A stretch of 64,000 nucleotides of DNA from Eledone cirrhosa (GCA_964016885.1 OZ024748.1:39804001-39868000), one strand, 5' to 3'; positions 36,092 through 48,759 are shown, counted from the first letter of the stretch. Translations and numbers: made by a program. The notes: generated from the letters alone by a model not told the origin.

Positions 36092-36098
<7 letters not shown>
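35268..36098 (-). mobile_element. Non-autonomous Helitron-like element
   Basis: Minus-strand 3' hairpin TCCCGG(GTATAA)CCGGGA followed by CTAG; 5' (TGTC/TGTT)n; internal tandem duplication; related fragment at 47610-47863. Confidence 0.7.
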
Positions 36099-36122
<24 letters not shown>

Positions 36123-36125
<3 letters not shown>

Positions 36126-37010
36126 CACCTTTCTAGTGGGTCCGGGTATGATTTTACATTCATTTAAATTATTGATGTATTGATTTATTGATATTTTTTA
36201 TCTGATTGTCCCGAATCTTCTATTATCGATTTTTTATCGTATCGTTGATTTTAGACTTGTTCTATGTGTGACGGTATTTTAACGATAGTTATAGCTCTGA
36301 TTCATCTGAATTATTGAGCCCTCTCCCGCTCATTTCGAATTTTGTTTATCGTGAACTCGTGCGCCGATTTTTCGATACTCGATCATTCTAATATTTTTAG
36401 CTCTGGACATAGCTATCCACCAGTTAATTTTATTGCTCATTTTTTGTCGATTCTATTGAGTGATGAATAGCTCCTGTTTTATTTTAACATGTCTATTGAG
36501 CACTTTTATTCGATATGTGTATTTCCACATTTCCTCGAATAGTTTTCGCGGATGTAGAGGTTATCTCCCTTGCCGGATTCCATGTGCGTATTTTGCTTGT
36601 AGTTAGCCTCTTATCCGCTAGGACGAAGCTCGTTGAAGAAGTAAACTTCCAGTCCGCTTGCTCTAGAAGTCTTATATATTTATATGTGAGCTGATAGAGT
36701 ACAGTCTAAGGATTTACAGAAACCCAAGAAGCTAGATTTTACACCTTTCTAGTGGGTCCGGGTATGATTTTACATTCATTTAAATTATTGATGTATTGAT
36801 TTATTGATATTTTTTATCTGATTGTCCCGAATCTTCTATTATCGATTTTTTATCGTATGGTTGATTTTAGACTTGTTCTATGTGTGACGGTATTTTAACG
36901 ATAGTTATAGCTCTGATTCATCTGAATTATTGAGCCCTCTGCCGCTCATTTCGAATTTTGTTTATCGTGAACTCGTGCGCCGATTTTTCGATACTCGATC
37001 ATTCTAATAT
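36123..37010. repeat. Element with ~270 bp direct repeats (616 bp period) inserted in (TA)n
   Basis: 36123-36394 is repeated at 36739-37010. Confidence 0.8.
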
Positions 37011-37020
37011 ATATATATAT

Positions 37021-38220
37021 ATACTATAAAGCTAACGGCCGTATGTATGTAACAAACTTTTCGCCAAACGGCTGGACCAAACAGCACCAAATTTGCACTA
37101 TAGATGTAACTTTTTCCAAGTAAAAAAGTGAGGGTATTTTTGTCTACTGAATTTTGTTAAAAGATTAAAGACATTACTTAAATATTCACTTCTTTAAAAT
37201 TTCAAATGTCAACACTTCCTGTTATACGACATTCCTCACTTTTTTTCGTCGCACAACATTCCCCTCTTTTTCTTAGTCTGTCTTTTTAGATAGATATAGG
37301 GCTATAACGTAGCGTCTTTATAATATGTCTCTGTATGTCTGGCTGTCTGTATTAGATAACGTTTTTCGAAATATTTACTTCTGGGTTCACAGATTGATTT
37401 TTTTTAGTTTCAGAAGTTAAGGGTGAAAGCCTTTGCTTAAACATTGTTATTTTAATATATATATTCGTGTACAGATATTTTGCATACACAAAAACAAAAA
37501 CCTATTTATTTCACTAAAGCACAGACGGCTTATCGTCATTGTTACTGTTCGAGGTTAGAGGCCCACAGTCTATCCAAGATCTGAGAACCATCAATAGCCA
37601 ACAATGTTCCACTTACCGTTTGGCTTGCCAGATGCGTGGTTTGTTACACGATGACACCTATTGGCACCTCACCCTGCAAGAAGCAGCAACTGCTAAAGTC
37701 CCTTCTCAGCTGCGAAAACCTTTTGCTATTATGCTGCACAACTGTGATCTCGCCACCCCGAAAGTCTAGCTGAGGACATCCTCCACCGCACACGCAGACA
37801 CAATCCGAGCGTAAGATACGATGTCTTTTTCAATGAGGCGCTCATCTGTCTTGAAAACAGTGTCCTGGAGATTGGTGGTAGGCTTCTAAGTCACTACAGC
37901 TTACCTGCTCCTGGCAGGAGTGTCCTGAGGTCAATGTCTACAGAGCTTCTCCGCGAGACGAGCTACGAGATCAGTGCTTCTCCAGTGGTCAATTGTATGT
38001 AGGATGCTCTAGGGTGAGCTCGCCAAACTATCTCTTCATCTTTGCTCCGGAGGGCCGAACAAAAAATATTGTATACTCTGAGGCTCTAACAATGTAATTT
38101 AAATATTTTCTGTTACTTGGAATTTTCATTTTGGTTGTACAAATTATTGTTTGTTAAAAAATGTGTTCTCTGTTCAGCCTTTATTGTTGTAACTCTCAAT
38201 TATCTTTAACGTACTGGCTG
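37021..38220 (+). mobile_element. Internally deleted Helitron (copy B)
   Basis: As for 2004-3200; ORF 37539-37769. Confidence 0.75.
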
Positions 38221-38824
38221 CTGAACTGGGGAATCCTAAACCTATTCAAACCCAACATCAGAGCACGTTAACCATTTTGGATAGTGAAAGAAAAAGAGAA
38301 AAATTTCAAATCTTTTATGAGGGATATGCAAATGAAGTAGAAGGGTAGACTGAAAATATCGTTATATTTAGACACCAGGTACATTTAAATAATTATTAGG
38401 ATACTTTATAAAAGAAGATGAAGCAGAAGAAGGAAGAAAGATAGGCTCATATTATTATTAGGGTGCAAGTAGATTTAAAAATTAAAAATGTGTTGAAGTG
38501 GTAGAATACTAAACCAAAAAGTGTTCAATATATAACCAAATCATGAGTTATAATATATATATAATGTATATAATTATATTTTAAGGAATTAAGGTTGTAG
38601 GTACACTTTAGCTTATTATATTGCAACCAGTCAATTTAGCTTATTATATTGAAACCAGTCAATTTAGCTTATTATATGGAAACCAGTCAATTTAGCTTAT
38701 TATATTGCAACCAGTCAATTATATACATATTTATATAAATAGATAAAAATATATACATGCTGTTATTAATTCAAATATAATTTAAGGGTTACGAAGGATA
38801 TGTGTTTACATTTTCAATATATAG

Positions 38825-38895
38825 TTAAGAAAAAAAAGTCCAAGATGGCACGGTTGGGGTGGGCAGGAAGGAGACGTCCATACCATAATGCCAAT
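38825..38895 (+). CDS. Predicted upstream exon of pseudoenzyme copy B
   Basis: Same splice sites and open frame as 3805-3875. Confidence 0.55.
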
Positions 38896-38994
38896 GTAAG
38901 ACAGTAGCTATTGTCATTTTATCGTGTCAGTTGATATTACGTTAAATATAATTCCGGTTTTATCTGTGATTTACTGATATAGCTTACGTCAATT

Positions 38995-39390
38995 GTTTCT
39001 TCTTCGTCCAGTTATTTCTGAGAGGGTCGTGGGGTCAGAGTCCTCCAACACTCCTTCCTGCAAGTCATGTCAGAAGCAACCGTTTCCAACTGATCCGGCT
39101 GGATCTCCCAAGCATGACCAGCCAAGCTCATGGATGTTAGCAAACCATCTTACTCAGGGTGGGTCGATCCCTGGGTTTCTTGTCGGTTTGTTTTGCCCGT
39201 AAAATCTGTCCGGTGATTCTTTCCTGAGACATTCTAACCACATGTCCATAGTATCAGAGCTGTGATCTCTCAATTCGGAGAAGTAGCGGCTCTACCTGGA
39301 GTAACTCTCTGATCTCAGAACTACGCACCCTATCGAGTAACATTACTCCAAAGACCCTTCAGAGGAATCCCATTTCGGCCGCTTGTATTG
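38995..39390 (-). mobile_element. RTE-type LINE fragment (intronic, copy B)
   Basis: Duplicate of 3975-4370. Confidence 0.65.
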
Positions 39391-39453
39391 TTTCTATTTA
39401 CGAAATAACACAACTGAGGATTTTAATAGTGTCAAATTTTCGTTTCCTTTCAG

Positions 39454-40951
39454 TTCCGACTTTATCGAACCATTTAAAATACATATTGTAGAGAACATAA
39501 AGATCAATAACCGTAACGACAGATTAATTGCTCTCGAGAAAGCTGACTACAACATTTTTAAATTACAACCTGAAGATGTCATGATCGATTTCCTTACAGA
39601 TGCTGGCACTAATGCTTTCAGTCTTGAACAAAACGCAAGAATATGGATGGGTGATGAAAGTTATGCCGGATCTACTAGTTATGAAACTTTGAAAGACGCG
39701 GCAACATATATTTCTGGTTTTGAAAACATTCTGCCAGTTTTTTCTGAATGTATCAGCGAAGAGATTGTCGCTTCTTATTTCACAAAAGCTGGAGATAAGG
39801 TTATTGGGAATACTTTTACTTATTCACTTGAGAAGCATATAAAGGATCTTCATGCTGAAGCGATTTCTTTGTTAGATTGGTCAGATAATAATTTTGCAGG
39901 AAATCTAGATGTTCAAGCACTCAAAAACTTATTGGCAGAAAATGATAAAAAATCAATTTCCTTTCTTATAATGAATGTACCAGCAAAAAGTAGTGGTGGC
40001 CAACCAGTTAGTATGTCAAACATGAAAGCAGTTTCTGATCTCTGTCGCGAACATTCGATTCCGATATACATCGAAAGTAGTATGTATGGTGAGAACTGTT
40101 GGCTCAATAAAATGTACGAAGAGGCTTACTTCAATAAATCGTTAGTTGAGATATCGCAAGAAATGTTTTCTTTTTTCGATGGCTGCATTATTTCTGCTAA
40201 AAGAGATGGTAGAAGTGAGATTGGAAGTGTCATTTGTCTTCAAGACAAAGAAATGACTCGAAAATTGGGCACTGTTATTACTCTTAAAGCAGGTTTCATA
40301 ACTTATGGTGGGATGGCTGGCCGAGATATGGAAATGGTAGCGGTTGGCATGCGAGGTGCTTTGGATGAACAACTGCAAGACTATCGACAAAAACAATTGG
40401 CATTTTTCAAAAGATCCCTGAAGGAATTTGGTGTTCCGATTGTGGAGCCAGTCGGTTGTAATACCATATTCATTGATGCCGAAAATGCTTTTCCTAACTG
40501 TAAACACGCGTTTTATCCAGCCTGGTCTTTATCTTGTGCTGTTTATATCGTCGGGGGTATCCGATGCGCAGAGTTTGGTCAAGTTACTCGTCCAACAAGC
40601 AGCTTACCCACTAATCATTTTCTGAAAGACCGAGAATTACTAAAGCTTGAGATACCTCGTTTCATCTATACGACTTGTCACATTTTCTATGTTGCCTATG
40701 TTTTCGCTCAGCTTATTTCACATGAAATGCTTTCTGGAATGAAACTTATTGCCTGCTCCGAAGACCAAATAAAACTCGTGAAAATAAAAATGAAACCAAA
40801 TCATTCTCTGGAATATGACGATATCCAACTCCTTCCGGTACAAGACTGTGAACACATTCACTTCTTTAAAAACATATCTAATCAAAGAGTTATGAAAAGA
40901 AATTCAATCGCCGAGGCATCTTCTATATGGTCAGTCGACATTCCTTCTTAA
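39454..40951 (+). CDS. Tryptophanase/tyrosine phenol-lyase-like protein lacking the PLP lysine, main exon, copy B
   Basis: 7 aa differences from copy A; SAKRD (AGA at 40202-40204); acceptor CAG at 39451-39453. Confidence 0.9.
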
Positions 40952-41479
40952 AAAGGGGACAAACACGTTAGATAATGTAATCGTAGACACAAAAAAGACG
41001 TGGTAGTCATGATTGGAACGTCCCTGATCATAGAATTGCTCTGTCAATGTTCACCTGAACTTAAACAACAGCAACAACAACACAGAGATTTTTTTTGTTG
41101 CACCCAAACAGGATTCTGTAAATTCTAGATTGTACATTCTTTTATTCTTTTACTGGTTTCAGTCATTAGACTGTGGCCATGCTGGGGCACTGTTCTTTTA
41201 CTGGTTTCAGTCATTAGACTGTGGCCATGCTGGAGCAGTGGTCTTTTACTGGATTCAGTGATTCTACTGTGGCCATGCTAGGGCACCAATTGATTGTTAG
41301 TTTGTTTTTTTTAATTGGTTTTATTCCCAACAATTAAACTATTGAACATGATTTTGAATAGAAAGTAGGGGAAAACATTGACAGTCTTGTCAAATATAGT
41401 TTTAATATTATGTTAACAAAAAAAGGAAATAAAATATCTTTGGAAACTTAAATATATTTCTTGTGATGTTCTTTTACAA

Positions 41480-41725
41480 TTATTTCACCAATATATAATT
41501 AATATCAAACATTGTGATGTATGTTTCACCAATATATAATTAATAACAAACATTGTGATGTATGTTACACCAATATATAATTAATATCAAACATTGTGAT
41601 GTATGTTACACCAATATATAATTAATATCAAACATTGTGATGTATGTTTCACCAATATATAATTAATATGAAACATTGTGATGTATGTTTCACCAATATA
41701 TAATTAATATGAAACATTGTGATGT
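41480..41725. repeat. 41 bp minisatellite (copy B)
   Basis: Same unit as 6460-6748. Confidence 0.9.
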
Positions 41726-42629
41726 GGTTGTGATAATTCGGGGAAAGATGGTACAACGAATATTAGATAAACTAAGGTGAAAAGATACAACAAATCAGCA
41801 TTTTAAACTTTCGTCTTATATTTCTTGATATTTTGAGGTGAGAAACTTTTTTCAAAAGAAAGAAATGGAGTCTGGTGTTGTCAACGCCCAAAGAAATGTT
41901 GATAAACGATTTATTTACATCAACTTATTATTGATGGTGACATGCTTTTGTTTCACTTTAAAAAAATATTATAATAAGGTGACATACTAATATAAATATT
42001 ATTTTAAAAATAAAAAACAAATCTTGAAACATCTTATGACTGTGGCAGTGGCAAGGTTTATAGAGTTAAGAAGCCTCACAACCATCTGATTTCTGGTTCC
42101 TTTAGACTACATGGCATCTTAAAGAAGTGTCTTTCTGCCATAGGTTCGAGTCAACAAAACGGACAGTTTGCCCTTTTCGGCTTGGCGGGCAGCAGGGCCT
42201 GGACTGGTGGTGGAATGCACCAGGTTGGCACTTGCAATTAATTGTAATATAACTGATAGATGTTGTTTCAATTCTCTGCCATTAATTGTAGATCAACGAC
42301 AACATTGTTGCAGTAGTTATTTCAATTATGTGCCATTAATAATCTGTGTTACGAACACTACATAAATAGTCTACAGGTGTTACCTTGATTTCACCAGATG
42401 GAAATATCAAAATCAAAATTGATTATGTAATTGTTCCAAACAATATTCTCGAAATGGTGAAAAACTGCCATGTGTATATTTCTACAGATATTGGTCTAGA
42501 ATATTTCAACTTAGAGACTGGAAAACACAAACGTTATTATCATAAATGTACTGTGATTGTGTGAGGCTTAATTATTAAAGATTGTAAAATCCATTCCCTG
42601 TGAATTATATCCAAGAATTTTCTTTTTCT

Positions 42630-43420
42630 TCCTTCACTTATTCCTGAGAAGGTCGTGGGGGAAGAGTCTTGAAACACTCCTTCTAGCAGGTCCTGTCAGA
42701 AGCAACCATCTCGAACTGATTTGGCTGGATCCCCAAGCGATACCTGCCAAGCTTATGGATGTTATCCAACTATCTTGCTCAGGGTCTACTCCTGGGTCTC
42801 CTGCTGGTTGGTTTTGCCAATAAAATCTGTCCAGTATTTCCTTGGACATTCTAGCCATATAATATGTAATATCAGAGCTATGATTTCTCAATTCGGAGAA
42901 GTATCAGTTCTACCAGGAGTGATTCACAAGTCTCCAAGCTACACACACTATCGAGTAATGATACTCCAAATACCCTTTTGGAGGAACCCCATTTTGGCCA
43001 CTTGTATTTGCGATTGTATTCTTTCAGTCATTACACAAGATTCATGACCATAGGTAAGGGTTGGCACGAAAATCGAATTGAAGATAGTGAGTTTGGTGTT
43101 TACACCTACCTCCCTTCTTCTGATTACCAAATGCCAAAGCTGTCACATTACTGCAGCAGCTCCTGCAATTATTGCACTTAATTCGGCCTCCTGCCTTCCA
43201 TCACTCGTGACCATGGCCCTGAGATACTTGAACTTCTCTACCAACTTCAGTAGAACTCCTTTCGCATGTAGAATGCACTGCGCAGGCTTCCTTTAGAAGA
43301 CGAGTGTCTCAGTTTTCACAGCACTGAATTTCATTCCAGCCATGCAGCACTCTGCATCAAACCTATCAAGTGCAAGTCAGAGATCACCTTTTGTTGAGTT
43401 TGTAACACCATGTTGTCTGC
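42630..43420 (-). mobile_element. RTE-type LINE fragment (longer version)
   Basis: Extends past the copy A breakpoint toward the RT core (FADNM.L). Confidence 0.75.
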
Positions 43421-43513
43421 AAATTCCAGCCACAAATTGCTGGCCATGTGCCTAAATTAGAAAACCTTATTCCTGCAAAAGGTCCTGTTAATCCTTAATT
43501 ATTATTAAATATA

Positions 43514-43920
43514 ACATATATACAAACTGGAGCTGTGTCAGGGACCAGTCCGCAAACATATATACAAACTGGAGCTGTGTCAGGGACCAGCCTGCAAACA
43601 TATATACAAACTGGAGCTGTGTCAGGGACCAGTCCACAAACATATATACAAACTGGAGCTGTGTCAGGGACCAGTCCGCAAACATATATACAAACTGGAG
43701 CTGTGTCAGGGACCAGTCCGCAAACATATATACAAACTGGAGCTGTGTCAGGGACCAGCCTGCAAACATATATACAAACTGGAGCTGTGTCAGGGACCAG
43801 TCCGCAAACATATATACAAACTGGAGCTGTGTCAGGGACCAGTCCGCAAACATATATACAAACTGGAGCTGTGTAAGGGACCAGTCCGCAAAAATATATA
43901 CAAACTGGAGCTGTGTCAGT
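43514..43920. repeat. 42 bp minisatellite (~9.5 units)
   Basis: AAACATATATACAAACTGGAGCTGTGTCAGGGACCAGTCCGC units. Confidence 0.92.
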
Positions 43921-44268
43921 GACAATGTCTGCAAACAATGAGTTGAACATTTTAACACCAAGAAATATATGATAAATAAAAACTACAGTTAACAGATTTT
44001 TGTGTTTTGAATTACTAAAGTGACTCGTGTACAATGTAATTGGTATATATATATATATATATATATACTCACTCTATATGTATGTGTTTTTATATAAATA
44101 TGTAAATATTTGTGTATATATATATATAGTTGTTATATAGTAAGGTGTATTATTGGTTGTGTCATACGGTCCAATAAACTTTTGTTAGCAATATTAAGTT
44201 CTCCACGCTTTTGTATATCTCCAATTCCATTTAAGGGAACAGCTAGATGATGTAAAACGGAGTATTTG

Positions 44269-45867
44269 TATCAAAATAAAGATCCGAAAGCATGGTATAA
44301 ATTTCCAATCATTTTAATCACAACACGTTTCAATAAGGGATAGATCGATCGTGTGGTCATGATCGATTATCACTGATTTCATCATTCTTAACTGAGCGTG
44401 TAATACGTCTATTTACTAACTGAGAGAACTCTATGGTTAGGGTATTCTAAACCTTCCTCAGGATTTTTGGAAAGTAACCTACCACTAACTCCCCCCTTTT
44501 TACCTTAGCCATAGAGTTCTCTCAATTAGCAAAATATAGACAATCACATACTCAGGTAGTAGACAGCTAAGATCGTTTGCGCACTTACACACTGTACTCG
44601 GTATGTTTCCACAGAGTTCTCACAGTTGAGTGCATATTTACCATTACTTTAGAATACCTAGTTAGTAAATAGTTAGAACAATTACACTCGCAGTTAAGAC
44701 CGATTACGCGCATTCACCATTACTTTAGAATACCCTAACCATAGAGTTCTCTCAGTTAGTAAATAGACGTATTACACACTCAGTTAAGAACGTTACGCTC
44801 TTTATACATAATTCTACACAGTACCCGGTTTCTTTAGACACAGAGTTGCCACAGTTATGACCAGTCATGATCTTGTCGATTGAATACTACACTAGGTTTT
44901 GGTCTGTGATCCTCTAACCAAGGAGTGCTCACAGTTTGCTGAATGGACAATACTACTTACACGCCATCAATGGACTTACACACATCCCCGGGGTTTTGTT
45001 ATTTTATTTTGTGTTGGGTAACACACCTCCACCACTCAAACACTTATCTTAAAGGCCCGAGGGCCCATTTGACGGGAAAACGCACACACTGACACCTTAA
45101 CTCAAATACCCAACCCTACATGGAGCCCCTTGTTGGCCTACATGGCAGGTGCTTGCACGCACAGACTCGGGGACCCAGATTCTCAACGGGACAACGGCAC
45201 ATATAGAGTTCGATACGAGCTGACTACTTGCTCTACACATGGATGTGTATATACCAAAACATACACTATTTAGACGATACAGATGTTACAATTCAATCGA
45301 TACACGTATAGCAGAACGTTGAAGGGAATTTACTTGCGTGTGTATAGTGTTGTGGTTGACCCAATTTTTTTCTAATTTACATCGTGAAAATTGAGATTTG
45401 ACCAATATAACGTTTGTTGTTTTGTAACCTAACTTTTGGTGCATACTGTGTTGCTGTGTATATTTTTTTTTCTCTGACCTCGCGTCGGTGTGTGTGAGTG
45501 TGTGTGCACTCAATAACACTAATTGTGACGGACCAAAATTCTACAGATCTGGTGTGGAGATTAGACCTGTCCAGCGTCTTTTACAGCTATTGAGAGATAG
45601 AGACTTCATAGATTTATGACCCTGACTGAAGACAATAGCAGTTGTCGTGTTTTGGCTGCTGATTATTCATATGGGGAACAAAACTCCAGTGAGTGAACAT
45701 CGTTAGTTTTTCCTCCCTCATATCAAAGATTTGAAGACATTTCATTATTCACCTGATGAGATCAGTGATAATCGATCATGACCACACGATCGATCCCTTA
45801 TTGAAAAATGTCTCGTGATTAAAATGATTGGAAATGTATACCATGCCTTCGGATCTTTATTTTGATA
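44269..45867. mobile_element. Non-coding element with ~115 bp inverted termini containing a hammerhead-like motif (Penelope-like relic)
   Basis: 44269-44384 is the reverse complement of 45754-45867; TCAC-CTGATGA...GAAA...TC-GTGA at 45749-45818. Confidence 0.7.
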
Positions 45868-45914
45868 TATATATATAAAACTGAATTTACATTTTTTTTT
45901 CCAGTCTCCAAGCA

Positions 45915-47294
45915 ATGGAACCTTACAGGATTAAGGTATTTTATCCAGTCAATTTAATCCCCAAGTCTGACCGTATTGCATGTCTAAAAGCTGCCAACTA
46001 CAACCCCTTTCTACTTAAATCGAAAGACATATTTATAGATTTGCTAACAGATTCTGGTACAGGAAGTCAAAGCAGTGCCCAGTGGTCGGCTATGACTAAA
46101 GCCGGCTATTCAACTATTAATTCCGAATACGTTAAGGAATTTGTACGTACAATTCAACACATTACCAATTTCAAACATGTATTTCCAGTTCATCAAGGTC
46201 GAGGAGCCGAAGGTTTGTTGGCAAAACTCCTACTGAATAAAGAGAGTGTTGTACTGAGTAATTCTCTCTTTGACACAACACGAGCACACGTTGAGTCATC
46301 TGGTGCAATTGGAATAGATTTGGCAACAAAGTCTTCAAAATTCTTAGGTGATGCCGATGTGGAAAAATTTGAAGAAACACTGGATGAATATGGTTCTAGA
46401 GTTCATCTTGTAATAATAACCTGCACCAATAATGTGGTAGCCGGAGCTCCTGTGAGCATGCAAAATATAGAAATCATAACAAAATTATGTCGAAACAAGA
46501 ATATCCCAGTTATAATGGACGCATGCCGTTTTGTTGAAAATGCTTATTTTATCAAGACCTTAGACGAAAAATATTCTAAACACACAATCTTAGATATTGC
46601 CAGCGAAATGTTTTCTTATTTTGATGGTGCAACTATGTCTTTAAAGAAAGATGGTATGAGCAATGAAGGTGGGTTTATAGCTTTCAACAACGACAAATGG
46701 GCCACCAAAATATTTGACATAATCGAATATAAAAGTGGTTATTCAACTTACGGGGGAATAACTGGATCAAATCTTGTAGCATGTACTGTCGGAATTTCTG
46801 AGGCTATGAACGAAAATTACCTCCGATCAAGAATCTATCAGGCTAAATTACTGGCTGATTTCTTGGAAGATAATAATATTCCCGTATTTAAACCAGTAGG
46901 GGCCCATGCCGTCTACGTGAAAGCAAACAAAGTCTTGCCACACCTTGATTTCTTGAAGTATCCAGCATGGTCCCTTAATTGTGCCGTATATATCGAAGGT
47001 GGTATTCGATGTGCAGAAATTGGCAATATAATGTTTGGTGAAAATTCAGATGGAACAAAACAAATTCATCCCTTTGAATATGTGCGTTTGGCTTTACCCA
47101 GAAGAACCTATACGGTCAACCATCTGCATTTTGTGGCCAAAACTTTTGGTTTTGTTGCCAAAAAAGCCCATTTAATCCACGGAATGGAAATTGTCAAATC
47201 TTCGCATCTCCTAAGACATTTCACAATTTGGATGAGACCATTAAATGAATACCACCTTGAAAAGAATAATAATCAGAAAAAAATAAACTGTTGA
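45915..47294 (+). CDS. tnaA: Tryptophanase (tryptophan indole-lyase)-like PLP enzyme, 459 aa
   Basis: MEPYRIK, IDLLTDSGT, HQGRGAE, FDTTRAH, TNN, DACRFVENAYFIK, MSLKKD (PLP Lys at 46647-46649), GIRCAEIG, VRLALPRRTY, LRHFT. Asp in FDTT, Ile in EIG and His in LRHF are tryptophanase-type rather than TPL-type. The GDEAY motif is lost. Confidence 0.9.
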   Translation: MEPYRIKVFYPVNLIPKSDRIACLKAANYNPFLLKSKDIFIDLLTDSGTGSQSSAQWSAMTKAGYSTINSEYVKEFVRTIQHITNFKHVFPVHQGRGAEGLLAKLLLNKESVVLSNSLFDTTRAHVESSGAIGIDLATKSSKFLGDADVEKFEETLDEYGSRVHLVIITCTNNVVAGAPVSMQNIEIITKLCRNKNIPVIMDACRFVENAYFIKTLDEKYSKHTILDIASEMFSYFDGATMSLKKDGMSNEGGFIAFNNDKWATKIFDIIEYKSGYSTYGGITGSNLVACTVGISEAMNENYLRSRIYQAKLLADFLEDNNIPVFKPVGAHAVYVKANKVLPHLDFLKYPAWSLNCAVYIEGGIRCAEIGNIMFGENSDGTKQIHPFEYVRLALPRRTYTVNHLHFVAKTFGFVAKKAHLIHGMEIVKSSHLLRHFTIWMRPLNEYHLEKNNNQKKINC

Positions 47295-47609
47295 AGTTTG
47301 CCATAAATTACAATGTCAGTTATCTCTTGTGTACAGAAGAAGTTCATTAGAAGTATATATCACACTGGCCAAATTACCCACACCTTGCTGCGTTTCACAC
47401 TTTTTTTTTTTTAAAGAAAATGATGAATGATTTTAAATCAGCGATATAATTTATGGAGAAAAACTCTGCATTTCAATATTACTCAATGTAAAATGTAATG
47501 CATGAAAAATTGGAAAACATTATTTTTTGTTATATATCAAATCAAAATTACATCATTAAATCTGATTCTTATTTTGTTTCTTGTAAATAATTTTTTTCAA
47601 AATATCAAT

Positions 47610-47863
47610 TCAAAACTTTTGTGAATAGGGCATCATATCTTGTCATTTACCTATGGTTTAAATTTCATATAAATCGAAAGGAAAAAATTTTCAGCAGGGA
47701 TTTGTGCCTCCGGGGAACCCTTTGATTAAAATGAAATATACTTATCCAAGTAACCTGGGAAATGTAGTTTCAGAATATATATGGTTATGGGGATCTAGCT
47801 CCAAAACTATAGGAGGAGTTCATGAACAAACAAACAGACAGGAACTACAACTTTATATATATA
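47610..47863 (-). mobile_element. Helitron-like non-autonomous fragment
   Basis: Homologous to 35540-35760 and 36060-36098. Confidence 0.65.
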
Positions 47864-47997
47864 GATTACTACCTACGTTTAAATGGGTTTTATATAAATG
47901 AATTTAAATGGCTTTTAATGGGTACATGTGTGTGCTTATATTAGTGAAGAAGTGCTTGCTTAAGAACTATGACATATGACTTCATAACACATATTAT

Positions 47998-48188
47998 TGT
48001 GGTGGATTGGCAGTATTAGGAGAGGGTCTGATGCCATGCTTTGACGTATAGAGTTACGGCCCTTGCCATTCTGAGTTCAAATCCCGCCGAGGTTAACTTT
48101 GCCTTTCATCCTTACGGGGTCGATAAAATAAAGTACCAGTAATGCACTGGATATTTGCTGACCGTGTGCCTAACTTAGAAACAATTAT
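47998..48188 (+). mobile_element. SINE family A
   Basis: Full head and core. Confidence 0.85.
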
Positions 48189-48759
48189 AAAGAGAAATTC
48201 GTATTTTCTTGCATGTTTACATGCCTACATATTAAATATATGTATAGTTCTACACACAGTTTCAGCTACACACTCTGTATTTATACAGATATAATTTTAT
48301 CATTCACTATGGCTGTTAGCATACTTCTTAATATATATATATTAAATAAGTACCAATACAAACGCTAATTAAATGCAAATTAATTTCATTGGTACAAGAG
48401 ATTTCAACACATTCTGCTTTTCAACTCGGCAAAAATACAGAGAGTTTGGCTAATATAGCAACATAGCTACACACACTTGCTAACCCTAACCCCTGCCGAA
48501 ATTGAAACTAGCTGAGTTTGCTTCACAGGTTACTAAATATCACGACTATGTATTCTACAATTGCACACACAATATACTGCATGTATACTTGCACCTTTTT
48601 CTGTTTTCATTGCTGCACCTTAACAACGAAGTAAATCATTTTATAAATAAAAATATTTAAATTAGCAGTGTCTTGTTTATTTGTTAATTCTTATCCACGT
48701 GATTTGGAAAAATCATCTTACCCAGGGTAATATCACTTCACAGTACACATCAGGAGTGG

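Larger units (their letters stand above)
37021..43259. repeat. Segmental duplication copy B
   Basis: ~99% identical to 2004-8291. Confidence 0.95.

Noticed and set aside
43514-43920. 42 bp repeat as another hammerhead array
   Set aside because: It has a hairpin (ACTGG/CCAGT) and CAAACATATA but no CUGANGA or GAAA core.
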